DNA of 64,000 bases from Prochlorococcus sp. AG-363-B05 (lineage in GTDB: Bacteria; Cyanobacteriota; Cyanobacteriia; PCC-6307; Cyanobiaceae): the NCBI GenBank assembly GCA_003278445.1, contig QCFD01000003.1, forward strand, positions 1,228-65,227. The letters are read 5' to 3'. The position numbers and the translations under genes are program-made. This document shows, in pieces, positions 43,294-54,035 of the stretch (position 1 is its first letter; each line of letters starts with the position of its first letter). The notes beneath the pieces were generated by a model, which searched no databases, was not told where the DNA came from, and saw only the letters and a list, made by a program, of their open reading frames with translations.

Positions 43294-44669
43294 GCTTCAC
43301 CTGTAATTGATACATCCTCTACCCAGATGTGTGGACTAATTCCTTGATGAGTAACTATCTGTTCATCTTCAATTTTAATAATACTATTTAGGATTTTTAA
43401 AATATCTCCAGCTACTGTTGCTGCGTCAATTGATGTTCTTTTTCCATCATTTACTATCCATCCATCAAATGGTAAGGAAAAGGAACCTTGACTAGCCTTT
43501 ACTCCGGAATGAAGTGCAGACAATTCATCTATTAAAATATATTCTTTAAGCGTATTTTTAATAGTTAAATTATGATCCTTATCTAAATTATTTTTACATT
43601 TACCTACAACTAACCAATCTGGTGAAACAGAAACCTTGGCTCCTAAACCTGCATGGCCTGTAGGTTTAACACCAAACTGTCTTGCCGTAGCCTCAGAATG
43701 GATTAAATTAGTTAGTACTCCTGATTTGATTAATTTAATATCTTGTGTTGGAGTTCCTTCACCATCAAAACTAAAGGCACCAATGTTTTTAGGGTGAAGT
43801 CCTTCATCATTTATATTTAAGTTTTTTACTGCTACTTGTTGACCTATTGAATCTTCATTCATTAAACTTACACCATCTATAATTGAACGTGCATTGAACA
43901 TTGAACTAAATGCACTTATTAATTGAAGGAAGGCATCAGGAGTAAAACAAATTAAATACTTTTTAGTTTCAATAGATTTGTAATTTAAATGACTAATTAA
44001 CTTATTTGAAGTCTCATTTATACATGAATCTATGTCAAGCTTCTCTAAATTGGTATTTATTTTAATACCTCCAGCACTTCTAGGCTTTCTGTTCTCTTCC
44101 TGTGCTTTAGCATATAAATAAATTGAAGCTTGTGATAATTTCATATATCTATTAGCACCATCACTATTGATATAAATTCTTTCCATATAACTTTCATTTA
44201 GACCATTATATGGCACTGAATCAATAGACTTATGAGTTTCAATTAATTTTTTTTCAGCATCAGTTAATAATATTAAAAGTTCATCAATTCCATGTTCGTG
44301 AGAAGTATTTGACTTGATTTCTTTTAGGGGTGCTTTTGCTAGTGATGAAAAATCCGGAGAATCTTTTTCATTCCCAAAAAAACTAGCCTCAATAGCACCT
44401 TGCATAGCTTTTTTTATACCTTCAATAGTTAAATCGGATGTACTAGTAATTCCAACTTTATTATTATTCCATACTCTTAATGTCATTGAATTCCTCTGAG
44501 ATCCTTTTAATTGCTTTGCCTTTCCATGTTGTACTTGAACAGATATATCTCTGCTAGATGATGCACCCAAATCCCATTTTACAATTTTAGATTGCTTACT
44601 ATATTTATCAAGAATTTGATGGAGTAATTCTGGGTTTAATCCATCAATTTTTTTATTAATATAATTCAT
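43290..44669 (-). CDS. pmbA: TldE/PmbA subunit
   Basis: FDGEG and SQGSFSL motifs, no HExxxH; directly downstream of tldD. Confidence 0.9.
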   Translation of the reverse strand: MNYINKKIDGLNPELLHQILDKYSKQSKIVKWDLGASSSRDISVQVQHGKAKQLKGSQRNSMTLRVWNNNKVGITSTSDLTIEGIKKAMQGAIEASFFGNEKDSPDFSSLAKAPLKEIKSNTSHEHGIDELLILLTDAEKKLIETHKSIDSVPYNGLNESYMERIYINSDGANRYMKLSQASIYLYAKAQEENRKPRSAGGIKINTNLEKLDIDSCINETSNKLISHLNYKSIETKKYLICFTPDAFLQLISAFSSMFNARSIIDGVSLMNEDSIGQQVAVKNLNINDEGLHPKNIGAFSFDGEGTPTQDIKLIKSGVLTNLIHSEATARQFGVKPTGHAGLGAKVSVSPDWLVVGKCKNNLDKDHNLTIKNTLKEYILIDELSALHSGVKASQGSFSLPFDGWIVNDGKRTSIDAATVAGDILKILNSIIKIEDEQIVTHQGISPHIWVEDVSITGEA

Positions 44670-44670
44670 T

Positions 44671-46116
44671 TTATCTTCCTCCTACAGTAATTGAATCTAC
44701 TTTTATATGTGGTTGACCAACAGTGACATTTACACTTCCACTTACTGAACCACAAAAACCAGCTGCAAGATCTAAATCATTTGCACACATTGATATTCGT
44801 GGAAGTATTTCTTTAGCTTCACCTATTAGTGTTGCCCCTTTTACTGGTTTATCAAGTTTTCCATTTCTTATTAAATAGCCCTCTTCAACTGAAAAGTTAA
44901 ATTGACCAGTTGGACCTACGCTGCCACCTCCCATGGATTTGCAGTAAAGACCATTATCTATACTTTCTATTAAATGATCTGGCGAAAACATGCCTTGTTT
45001 AATGTATGTATTTCTCATTCGACTAGCCGCTGCAAATGAGAAATTTTGCCTTCTTCCACTTCCTGTTCTTTGATGTCCAGTTCTGAGTTGACCAGCTCTA
45101 TCTGAAATAAATGTTTTTAGGATTCCATCTTCGATTAAAAGAGTATCTTGAGGTTCCATTCCTTCATCATCCATAGATAATGAACCAAATGCATAATTAG
45201 AAAGTCCTTCATCTACTGCACTTACAGATTTATGAGCGATTTGCTTATTTACTTTGTCATGAAAAGGAGAAGTACCACGCTCTAATTGAGTAGTTTCTAG
45301 AAGATGTCCACATGCTTCATGGAATATAACTCCTCCAAATTTATTAGCTAGAACAACCGGCATTTGACCTGCTTCAACATATTCTGCATGAAGCATTCTT
45401 TGAGCACTTTCATTTAGCTCAGTTACACTTTGATCGATATTCCAGTTTCTTAAATCGTTTGGGTTTCCTGAGCTACCGTATCTTCTTGCTGATGTAGATC
45501 TATTTTTTTTATTTATGGCAATAACATTGATGCCAACAGTCTGATGAAGTCGTATATCTCTAGCAAAAACACCATCACTTGCAGCAACAATTACTTCTTG
45601 CCAATTTCTAGAATAACTGGCTCTCCTTACTTGAAGATTATTATTTTTTTTTGATAATAAACTTGTAGATTCTAATAATTTAATAGTTGATTCATTTAAA
45701 TCTGGTGAGGTCTCTAACCAATTATTCTTATCTTTTCCATAATCGGTCAAAAAATTTAAACCGTCGAAATTAGATTTATTTTTACTACCAATTACAAGTC
45801 CTAACATTCCCAATGCTTGAGAAAGAGCGAAAAGAAGACCAGGCTTGGATAAATCATTTGTACTTACAAAACCATCTTTTGTACCGAGAAATACTCTTAT
45901 ACCAGCTCCAATACCAAAAGAAGGACTAACATTTGAAATATCATCCTGTTCAGCTAGAAGTGAAAGATTGTCTGATTTTTCCAGGAATATCTCTACTATG
46001 TCAGCACCAGCAGACTTACCAAGAGATAACAATTCTTCAATCTGCGGTTTTAATGTTTCGTCAAAAGTATGAAATACTAGATTTTCACTTTGTTTTGTCA
46101 ATAATGAATTAGTCAA
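44671..46116 (-). CDS. tldD: TldD metalloprotease subunit
   Basis: HEACGH, DDEG, RMRNTY and GFCG motifs. Confidence 0.93.
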   Translation of the reverse strand: MTNSLLTKQSENLVFHTFDETLKPQIEELLSLGKSAGADIVEIFLEKSDNLSLLAEQDDISNVSPSFGIGAGIRVFLGTKDGFVSTNDLSKPGLLFALSQALGMLGLVIGSKNKSNFDGLNFLTDYGKDKNNWLETSPDLNESTIKLLESTSLLSKKNNNLQVRRASYSRNWQEVIVAASDGVFARDIRLHQTVGINVIAINKKNRSTSARRYGSSGNPNDLRNWNIDQSVTELNESAQRMLHAEYVEAGQMPVVLANKFGGVIFHEACGHLLETTQLERGTSPFHDKVNKQIAHKSVSAVDEGLSNYAFGSLSMDDEGMEPQDTLLIEDGILKTFISDRAGQLRTGHQRTGSGRRQNFSFAAASRMRNTYIKQGMFSPDHLIESIDNGLYCKSMGGGSVGPTGQFNFSVEEGYLIRNGKLDKPVKGATLIGEAKEILPRISMCANDLDLAAGFCGSVSGSVNVTVGQPHIKVDSITVGGR

Positions 46117-46253
46117 TTTTTTTTTTTTTTATATTATCGCACTTAGACGGCATAAGTGTGTATTTCGATAAAAGGTTCTTCTAAAATTAGTAATTAGCTT
46201 AATATATTTATTAAAAACTTAATAAATAAGTAGGAATTTTAAGCAGTATAATA

Positions 46254-46709
46254 TTAGTTTTCACCAATCCATTTTTGACCATTTAATCTTTGAAGGACTC
46301 TAGAAATTAACAATGGTAAGGTAGTCTTTTTCTCATCAATTAAAAAAGATTCAACAATACTAGGATCAGAATTTGATTCTGCTAATAATATAGTCTTATC
46401 TGAGGTTATTACATCTTTATTAAAGCAAAGCCAAAATTTTCTATCTTCATCTAATTTGCAAAACACCATCCAACATCTTCCCCCTACAACCGGTCTAATA
46501 CCCTCTATTAGCATAATTTCATCAACAGTTGTACCTTTCTCTACAATAGATTTTTTTAAACCTGGAATAAAAAAATTGTTAATAAATTCTTCAAAAGGTT
46601 TGTCTTCTAATTTAGGAGGTTTAGGAGGTTTTTTTGGTGTTATAGGATTATTTACATTGAGTCCTTCAGAATTTAATTCGGATGTACTAGTTTCGTTTGT
46701 ATTTTCCAT
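46254..46709 (-). CDS. DUF2996 family protein
   Basis: LEDKPFEEFI...FWLCF...ESFLIDEKK...QRLNGQKW. Confidence 0.85.
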   Translation of the reverse strand: MENTNETSTSELNSEGLNVNNPITPKKPPKPPKLEDKPFEEFINNFFIPGLKKSIVEKGTTVDEIMLIEGIRPVVGGRCWMVFCKLDEDRKFWLCFNKDVITSDKTILLAESNSDPSIVESFLIDEKKTTLPLLISRVLQRLNGQKWIGEN

Positions 46710-46766
46710 ACAATCATTTTAGCAAAACAATTCAATGTTGTTAACTTATGATTGAATTTTAATATT

Positions 46767-47324
46767 TTACCAGTTTAAGTATCTATAATCATACCAATCG
46801 TTTAAAATATTATCATTTTCATATTCTAATTCTTTATCAAATTGTTGGTTATCAGAATCATCTGTCAAAGTAGAATTGTAGTATTCGTTATTATTATTGA
46901 TTGATTGCTGTTCTATTTTATTAATATTGCCTATCACCCTAAAACTTGCATTAATTGTTGGTGAAGGATCATTAAAATCTCTTTCAATTAATGTTTTATT
47001 ATATACATAATCATTACTTAAATCATGATCAGAATCATTCATGATTTTTTGATTATCGACTTTATATTTAATTTTATTTACCTTTTTTATTTGATTAACT
47101 GCTAAAATATTAGCAGTAAAAATATATGAAAAGATATATCCAGTTCCAGTTGATAGAAGAAGATAGGCTCCTAAAGGTAATGAAGGTGTATTCCAAATAA
47201 GAATTTTTAATTTAGTATTTTCTTTTTGGTTGGCTATACATAAAAAAATTAATATAATTGATATAGATATAAAAGTTGTTTTTTTTAGTAGATTAGTTAT
47301 TTTCATTTCTTGGGACCAGCCCAT
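46767..47324 (-). CDS. hypothetical membrane protein
   Basis: Two N-terminal TM segments and a low-complexity tail. Confidence 0.7.
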   Translation of the reverse strand: MGWSQEMKITNLLKKTTFISISIILIFLCIANQKENTKLKILIWNTPSLPLGAYLLLSTGTGYIFSYIFTANILAVNQIKKVNKIKYKVDNQKIMNDSDHDLSNDYVYNKTLIERDFNDPSPTINASFRVIGNINKIEQQSINNNNEYYNSTLTDDSDNQQFDKELEYENDNILNDWYDYRYLNW

Positions 47325-47911
47325 CTTTTTATATTATCCAAATCCTCGCCAAGTGTATCCAAAAGTCTAACAACTATGAAATCAATTATATCATCAACTG
47401 AAGTTGGGTTTGTATACCATGCCGGTATAGGGGGTACTATTAATGCGCCGGCTAAAGCAAGTCTCTTTAAGTTTTCAATATGAATCAAATTAAAAGGAGA
47501 TTCTCTTGGAGAAATTATTAATGTTCTATTTTCTTTTAGATGTACATCTGCACATCTCTCGATTAAATCTAATGAAAAGCCAGAAGCTATTCTACCTAAT
47601 GTTCCCATTGAACATGGTACAATTACCATGCCTTTTGTTTTATGACTTCCGCTAGCAATACTTGCTGAATGATCATTCCATCTATAACAATTTAATTTAC
47701 CGGATTCTACTTTTAGTCTATTTCTCCAAAAAACAGATTGGGCATTTGGTTCCACGGGAATATTGATATTTCTTTCACTTTTTGAGACTTCGTATGCACC
47801 TTTACTGAGAATTAATTCAACTTGTTTATTATTTTGTAATAATAATTGAATAGTTCTTTCGCCTAATTGAATAGCTGAAGCTCCTGTAATAGCTATAACA
47901 ATACTTTTCAT
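47303..47911 (-). CDS. ubiX: flavin prenyltransferase UbiX
   Basis: AITGAS, SIASGS, PCSMGT, RCADVHLKE and PRESP motifs. Confidence 0.95.
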   Translation of the reverse strand: MKSIVIAITGASAIQLGERTIQLLLQNNKQVELILSKGAYEVSKSERNINIPVEPNAQSVFWRNRLKVESGKLNCYRWNDHSASIASGSHKTKGMVIVPCSMGTLGRIASGFSLDLIERCADVHLKENRTLIISPRESPFNLIHIENLKRLALAGALIVPPIPAWYTNPTSVDDIIDFIVVRLLDTLGEDLDNIKRWAGPKK

Positions 47912-50218
47912 TTAATCTTCACTACTTATATCAGAATCATTAGAAATTATATTACTATTAGTAGACTCAATTACATCATCTTTTACCAATTCTAAATCAA
48001 TTTGATTTTTTAAAATATCAACCTTTAAAACTCTAACATTTACTTTTTGTGCAAGTTGATATGTTTTTTTATATTTACGTCCAATTAAAAGGTTTTGTCT
48101 AGATCTATATTCGTACCAATCATCTCCAAGTGTACTTACATGAACAAGGCCTTCTGCACTTAAATCATCTATCTCTGCAAAAAAACCATAACTTTGAACC
48201 CCTGAGATAATTGCAGTTACCTCTTGTCCAATTATTTTTTGAGCTTCCCTACCTTGTGCTATTGAAATGATGTTATTTCTAAATGATTTAGATTTTTGTC
48301 TAATCTCATTAAGATCATTAATTATTTTTGAATTTGAATAATTTTCAATTATCTGTTTTATTTTAGGTGAAAAAATTTCCCATTTAACCTCATTCCAACT
48401 ATCTTTTTTACCTAATAATATAGTTTCCTTACTGCGACTTGAGCTTTTATTCTTACCATCATTTAAAAGTGAGCAAATAATATTTTGATTAAATATGTTC
48501 CAATAATTTAATGTAGGACAGCACCAGGGTGATTCTATCTTACTAGTAGATAGTTCGTCCTTTAATTCAGAGGTTTCTAATGTATTATGCTTAAAAAGCC
48601 TTAGGTTGATACCAGGAATAATATGTTTTACTAATTTGTGTAGTAATTTTTTCTCCGAACTGTTCTCAAAAGAAGTTATTAATTCATTCGTTGTTAAAGA
48701 ACCATCAATATTAACTTTTATTGTATTATCTAATGCCAGTGCTGATTTTGTTAATTCATTTATCGATGTTGAATCAATTTCTTCGTATTCCTTATAAATA
48801 AATGGTAATTCATATCCTATTAAATGTTTGGCAAGGATATTATTAGATAACCTAACAAACACATCAATTATTGACTGAGGGTCTTCACAGTCAAATGATT
48901 TAGACCACCCCTGGAAGTCTCTACTAGGAAAAGCTTTGTGTAATTCGGACAACCTTTCTAAATCAGGAATGTGTTGATCTAATTTTATAGAACTAATATT
49001 AATTTCATTAATAATTTTAGAGGAGTTTATTAAGGAATAAATAATCTCAATACAATCTTTAATAGGTCTAAGTGCTATTGGAATTGATTTGGATGTTGCT
49101 TTTCTTTTATTAATTGCTTTTAGATGGTTTGGTGTAACTATATTAACTGGCTTTATTATTCCTAATGAGAAATTCCAATCAATAACTTCACCTTTACTAT
49201 TAATATCTATCATTAAGGAAATAGACTCGCAATCCTCATTAATCCTGAATTCAGATTCTATTTTTAATGAATCATTTAAAAATTCTAACCAATTATTTCC
49301 TAAACAAATTACCTCTCCTTTATTCTTAAGATAAATATCTAATTTGCCTCCAATATTTATTCTTTCAGATACAGCCGGAACATGTATCCATATTCTATAT
49401 CCTCCTTCGTAAGGTTCAGCAAATAATGCAGGTAATGAGGGAGAATTAGAAGATTGCCAACTTTGAAATAAAAGTGATTTTTGAGATGTAAAATCTTCTC
49501 TTCCTTTTAATGTTATTTTTTTAGGTGAAACCTTAGGAATATCAATATTTTTAGGAATATTATTCTTTGAAAGTAATATCTCAATATCTCCATCAACGCC
49601 AGAATTTAATGGTAATTCTCTAATTACTGAACCTGTAGCATTTAATTGAGCTATAGGATATCTACTAATATTTATTTCATATATTAAATCCTTATTGTAT
49701 TGCTTATCAGGTATATTGATTTGATTATCTAACTCAATAGTGACAGGTATTCTGTCATCTAGAGGATAAGCCTTAAATTGTTCATTTGATTTGTCAAACT
49801 CTATTTTTGCAAGCAATTTCTCATTATATCTCTTGACCACGCATTGTATTGAGCCCTCAGGAGCTCTTCTCTTGAGGGCCTGTTTTGTGATTAAAACAAT
49901 TACGGAATCTCCATGCCATGCATTATTTAAATTTGCTTCACGTATGTAAATGTCTTCTCCATGATCTTCTCTTACAACAAAACAATAACCCTTACTGCTA
50001 CAACGTACTTTACCTTGTATGAATTCATTTTCTCTATTAATAGACAATTTATTATTATCAATATTTTTAACTATTCCAAGCTTTTTTAATGCATTGATTG
50101 CTATCTCTAATTTATCTCTATCAAGTTTTTTAGTAAGTTTAAGAGATTTTTCAAGCTTAGTTACTTCTAAGCCATCTTCTTTTTCAAGACTTTCAAGTAT
50201 TTTTGAAACTGTTGTCAT
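47912..50218 (-). CDS. RNase R/II-family (RNB) protein, Zam-like, with degenerate active site
   Basis: Cold-shock OB domain (KGYCF...DIYI...AWHGD), RNB-like core and C-terminal S1 domain (YGFF...EGLVHV). Confidence 0.9.
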   Translation of the reverse strand: MTTVSKILESLEKEDGLEVTKLEKSLKLTKKLDRDKLEIAINALKKLGIVKNIDNNKLSINRENEFIQGKVRCSSKGYCFVVREDHGEDIYIREANLNNAWHGDSVIVLITKQALKRRAPEGSIQCVVKRYNEKLLAKIEFDKSNEQFKAYPLDDRIPVTIELDNQINIPDKQYNKDLIYEINISRYPIAQLNATGSVIRELPLNSGVDGDIEILLSKNNIPKNIDIPKVSPKKITLKGREDFTSQKSLLFQSWQSSNSPSLPALFAEPYEGGYRIWIHVPAVSERINIGGKLDIYLKNKGEVICLGNNWLEFLNDSLKIESEFRINEDCESISLMIDINSKGEVIDWNFSLGIIKPVNIVTPNHLKAINKRKATSKSIPIALRPIKDCIEIIYSLINSSKIINEINISSIKLDQHIPDLERLSELHKAFPSRDFQGWSKSFDCEDPQSIIDVFVRLSNNILAKHLIGYELPFIYKEYEEIDSTSINELTKSALALDNTIKVNIDGSLTTNELITSFENSSEKKLLHKLVKHIIPGINLRLFKHNTLETSELKDELSTSKIESPWCCPTLNYWNIFNQNIICSLLNDGKNKSSSRSKETILLGKKDSWNEVKWEIFSPKIKQIIENYSNSKIINDLNEIRQKSKSFRNNIISIAQGREAQKIIGQEVTAIISGVQSYGFFAEIDDLSAEGLVHVSTLGDDWYEYRSRQNLLIGRKYKKTYQLAQKVNVRVLKVDILKNQIDLELVKDDVIESTNSNIISNDSDISSED

Positions 50219-50301
50219 GATTTTTGAGTAATTAATTTAATTTCATCGAGATAAAGCCTTTTAGCATTAAAGACTATAAATTTCGAGATCATTTTTGATT
50301 A

Positions 50302-50598
50302 CTAGTTATCTTTAGTAATCTCATTTTTGTTTTGAGCCAGAATGCTAATTCCTATAATTAGGAAAACTATTCCTGAAATCAACTTAAGTATGAAGTCAGG
50401 TATTAGATTAGCAATTGAATCACCAGCCAATGCCCCTAAAAGTGTAGCCAGGATAAGCGCTAATGACGAGCCAATAAATACCGCAACGGGTTTATTTGTT
50501 GAACTACTTAAGGTTATTGTTGTTAATTGGGTTTTGTCACCCATTTCAGCTAAAAATACTGTTACAAATGTAGTAAAAAGTAAAGTAATTAGCATCAA
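50302..50598 (-). CDS. TMEM165/GDT1 (UPF0016) half-size cation transporter subunit
   Basis: EMGDKTQ motif and three TM segments. Confidence 0.92.
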   Translation of the reverse strand: MMLITLLFTTFVTVFLAEMGDKTQLTTITLSSSTNKPVAVFIGSSLALILATLLGALAGDSIANLIPDFILKLISGIVFLIIGISILAQNKNEITKDN

Positions 50599-50599
50599 A

Positions 50600-50944
50600 T
50601 TAATTAAATTTGGATAAAGTAAAAAAGGCTTGTATAACTAGGTAAATCCCCAAACTTAACATAATTATTCCTGAAACTACGCTGAAATTTTGTCTCGGTA
50701 AATTATTAGCTATCCATTGACCAAGTAGAACACCTATTAAGCTTGTAGATATTAACGCTAGTGCTGCACCTGTAAAAATAATTATTGGCCTACCCGATTG
50801 AGCAGATAGCATTAAAGTAGCAAGTTGGGTCTTGTCACCTAACTCAGCTAAAAAAATAGTACTAAAGGATGTAATTAATATACTGATAAAGGTAGTAGAA
50901 TCATCTTCACTACTTGTTTTTATTTTAGGATTAGGCTGAACCAT
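50600..50944 (-). CDS. TMEM165/GDT1 (UPF0016) half-size cation transporter subunit
   Basis: ELGDKTQ motif and three TM segments; ATG at 50944 preferred over the track start at 50989. Confidence 0.92.
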   Translation of the reverse strand: MVQPNPKIKTSSEDDSTTFISILITSFSTIFLAELGDKTQLATLMLSAQSGRPIIIFTGAALALISTSLIGVLLGQWIANNLPRQNFSVVSGIIMLSLGIYLVIQAFFTLSKFN

Positions 50945-51250
50945 TACTTCACAGATACTCTTGTTATTTTTCTTTAGTTTTTTATACAACGCTTATATCA
51001 TATATAAAAAGCCACTAAATAATCAAGTTATGAATTAATTCCCATATTCATACTATTTAATCATAAGAATTCTGCTTTCAAAGGGAAGCCTATAATCAAT
51101 TCTAGTCCATATTTAATTTTTTTAAAAGAATAAGAAAATTTTGATATAATGAACATTCTCGAGAAAACAAGTGGATATAATCAATTTTTTTTAATCATTG
51201 TTAACTGTTGCCTGCTTGTTTAGTATAATCGCTAAAAGTTTTTTAAAAAC

Positions 51251-51334
51251 ATGGGAAACCTATTGCCACTTGTCGCAGTCTTTCTTGCCGGACCAGCCAT
51301 CATTGCGTTAATCTTCTATAGAAGAGGTGTTTAG
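51251..51334 (+). CDS. psb30: photosystem II protein Psb30 (Ycf12) (not in ORF track)
   Basis: MGNLLPLVAVFLAGPAIIALIFYRRGV carries the Ycf12 LAGP...RRG signature; convergent with recJ. Confidence 0.88.
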   Translation: MGNLLPLVAVFLAGPAIIALIFYRRGV

Positions 51335-51337
51335 AAG

Positions 51338-53233
51338 TTAAGCAGTCTTACCGAGAGCTATCTCTGCAAAGGAAAGAATTTTCCTAGCAAAATCGTCTTT
51401 TTTTGATTGTTCCTTATTATTAAGACCTGATAAATCTGACGTTATAGACTGACCTTTTGAGTTTGTTATAACTATTTTCATATCTTCTGTTAGTTTACAT
51501 TTATAATTTCTTTTATGTATTCTCAAATCAATTACTTTTGTAAATTTTTTAATGTCAATTATATTTAATTGTAATTTATCTTGATTTTTCCAATTATTAA
51601 GTTCAATATTAAAAGCAATATCAATTAAGTCATTTAGTTTAATTTTTTTTGAACAGTTCCATTTAACTGCATCTATTGAGGCAGTGCCATCATTCAATTT
51701 CATTTTTATATGGTTTCCTTTAAGATAGTAGAGAGCAATAATTCTGCATTTTCTTGTCCAAAATATTGGTGAATTATTCTTAACCCCAAATGGACCAATT
51801 AGCATTAACTGTCTATAAAAATCATGGTTAATATGCTTAAGGCTTATAAAAGCATCTGGTTTTATAGACTTATTTAAATTACAATTCTTAAATTCTCTTA
51901 AAGCAATATTATTAAGCATATCTTTAAGTTTAGGTATATTTTCTTCTTTTATTGAGAAACCAGCTGCAGCAGAATGACCACCAAATGCTATTAGTAATTC
52001 TTTGCATTCATCTAATGCCGAATTTACTTTCAATTGTTTATTTGATCTAATAGAACCCCTATATATTCCATCATTTGCATAAGATAATACTGCAGTAGGT
52101 AAATTAAACTTATCAACAATTCGGGCTGCAACAATTCCAATTATTCCAGGATGCCAGTTTCTATTAGTTAAAACTAAAAATTTTTTATTATTATTAAATT
52201 CAATTGATGCTATTTTCATTGCTTCCTTTTCAATTGTTGACGTAAGTAATTTTCTCTCTTTATTTAATAGAAAACAATTACGGGCTAGATTTTTTACTGA
52301 AGATTCACATGAATTAGTTAAAAGGTCAATTATTAGTTGAGGATCACCAATCCGTCCAACAGCATTTATTAGTGGTGCAATTTTGTAACCAATATCTTCT
52401 GTAGTAATTTGAATATCCTCTAATGAAAATTTTGTTATTATAGTCCTAATACCAAGGTTCATTGTATTATTAATTTCTGGCAAATATTCTTTAAGCCATT
52501 TTCTATTAGCTCCAATAATAGGTGCCATATCGGCAACAGTACCAATACAAAAAAAAGCTTTTGCAGTGGTTTTATCTATATCAAAATTTAATTTATTACA
52601 TATATTAATTGCCAACATGTAAGCAATTCCAACACCTGCCAGGAATTTATATGGAGAATTAATAGGCGATCTTTCTGGATGTATTATTGCATAACAATCT
52701 ATATTCTTATCGGGTATTTTATGATGATCTGTAATTATCAGGTCAATATTGAGCTCATTTGATCTTTTAATTGCATCAAATGCAGAGATTCCATTATCGA
52801 CAGTTATAATTAGTTTTATTTCATTGATGTTTATATCATTTATCATTTTTGCATTTAATCCATATCCATCTTCTTTTCTTGAAGGAATATATGATATTGC
52901 ATTTGCTCCTAACTTAGATAGTAATTCAACTAAAAGTACAGTACTTGTAATTCCATCTGCATCGTAATCACCACATATTGCAATTTTTTCTTTTCTATTA
53001 CAAGCCTGAATAATTCTTTCTGTTGCTTTGTTCAACTGATTGAAATGATGTTCTGGATTTGGCAACTCTAAAGGCGTAATGAAATTTATAAGTTCTTCTT
53101 CTATGTTTAAACCTCTTCTGCTTAAAACTGTCTGTAAGGTGTAGTTTATTGGACAATTATTTATTTCAACCTTACTTATTGGCCTTGGTAATATCCATGT
53201 TTTGATTTGATTCTCATCTGTTGCCAAAAGCAT
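51338..53233 (-). CDS. recJ: single-stranded DNA exonuclease RecJ
   Basis: GDYDADG, TVDNG, TDHH, GTVAD and GGHSAAAG motifs. Confidence 0.97.
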   Translation of the reverse strand: MLLATDENQIKTWILPRPISKVEINNCPINYTLQTVLSRRGLNIEEELINFITPLELPNPEHHFNQLNKATERIIQACNRKEKIAICGDYDADGITSTVLLVELLSKLGANAISYIPSRKEDGYGLNAKMINDININEIKLIITVDNGISAFDAIKRSNELNIDLIITDHHKIPDKNIDCYAIIHPERSPINSPYKFLAGVGIAYMLAINICNKLNFDIDKTTAKAFFCIGTVADMAPIIGANRKWLKEYLPEINNTMNLGIRTIITKFSLEDIQITTEDIGYKIAPLINAVGRIGDPQLIIDLLTNSCESSVKNLARNCFLLNKERKLLTSTIEKEAMKIASIEFNNNKKFLVLTNRNWHPGIIGIVAARIVDKFNLPTAVLSYANDGIYRGSIRSNKQLKVNSALDECKELLIAFGGHSAAAGFSIKEENIPKLKDMLNNIALREFKNCNLNKSIKPDAFISLKHINHDFYRQLMLIGPFGVKNNSPIFWTRKCRIIALYYLKGNHIKMKLNDGTASIDAVKWNCSKKIKLNDLIDIAFNIELNNWKNQDKLQLNIIDIKKFTKVIDLRIHKRNYKCKLTEDMKIVITNSKGQSITSDLSGLNNKEQSKKDDFARKILSFAEIALGKTA

Positions 53234-53279
53234 ATCCTATATTGATTAAATAGTAACAGTAATTATATTAGTAATATTA

Positions 53280-54035
53280 TTGAACATCATGAATAAATTA
53301 TCAGCAGTATTTTGGGATGTTGATGGAACCATAGCTGATACAGAGCTATGTGGACATAGAGTAGCCTTTAATTTAGCTTTTAAGGATTTCGATTTGGATT
53401 GGTCCTGGAATGAAAAAAAATATTTGGAACTCTTAAAAATTTCAGGTGGTTATAATCGAATAATGCATTTTCGTAACGAAATCAAAAGTGAACTAACAAA
53501 TGAAAGTTGTTCAAGAATTCAATCAAGAAAACGTTTTCATTATAAGGCATTAATTAAATCTGGAAAAATCAAAGTTAGAGATGGTGTGATTAGACTGATA
53601 CAAGAATTAGCTGATTCTAATATTGAACAATTTATTGTTACAACAAGCGGTAAAGAATCATTGAACCCTTTTTTAAATAGCACATTACATTCCTATCAAA
53701 AGTTATTTTCAAAAATAATTACATACGAGGATGTAAATAGACATAAGCCATTTCCAGATGCATATAAATTAGCTGTTGAATTAAGTAACAAATCACATAA
53801 TTCTTGTATCGCAATTGAGGATTCAAGAATCGGAATTGAAGCTGCCAAGTCAGCCAAAATAAAATGTCTTCTGACTCTTCCACCATGGACTTCTTCTTCT
53901 CAAAAAATAACAAGAAAGGCTACCGCATGTGTTGACTCACTTGGTAATAAAAATAATAGTTCTAAATTAATTTATGGTAAGCCTTTAATAAATAATTTAG
54001 TTGATTTTCCTTATCTTTCACAAATTATTAATTAA
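53280..54035 (+). CDS. HAD-IA hydrolase, CbbY-like
   Basis: WDVDGTIADTE..GHRVAFN, KPFPD and IEDS motifs. Confidence 0.92.
   Translation: MNIMNKLSAVFWDVDGTIADTELCGHRVAFNLAFKDFDLDWSWNEKKYLELLKISGGYNRIMHFRNEIKSELTNESCSRIQSRKRFHYKALIKSGKIKVRDGVIRLIQELADSNIEQFIVTTSGKESLNPFLNSTLHSYQKLFSKIITYEDVNRHKPFPDAYKLAVELSNKSHNSCIAIEDSRIGIEAAKSAKIKCLLTLPPWTSSSQKITRKATACVDSLGNKNNSSKLIYGKPLINNLVDFPYLSQIIN

Noticed and set aside
11440-46116. Nif11 peptides plus TldD/PmbA plus ABC exporter as a RiPP cluster
   Set aside because: The genes are tens of kb apart, tldD/pmbA and the ABC exporter sit in core operons, the exporter lacks a C39 domain, and no modifying enzyme is present.
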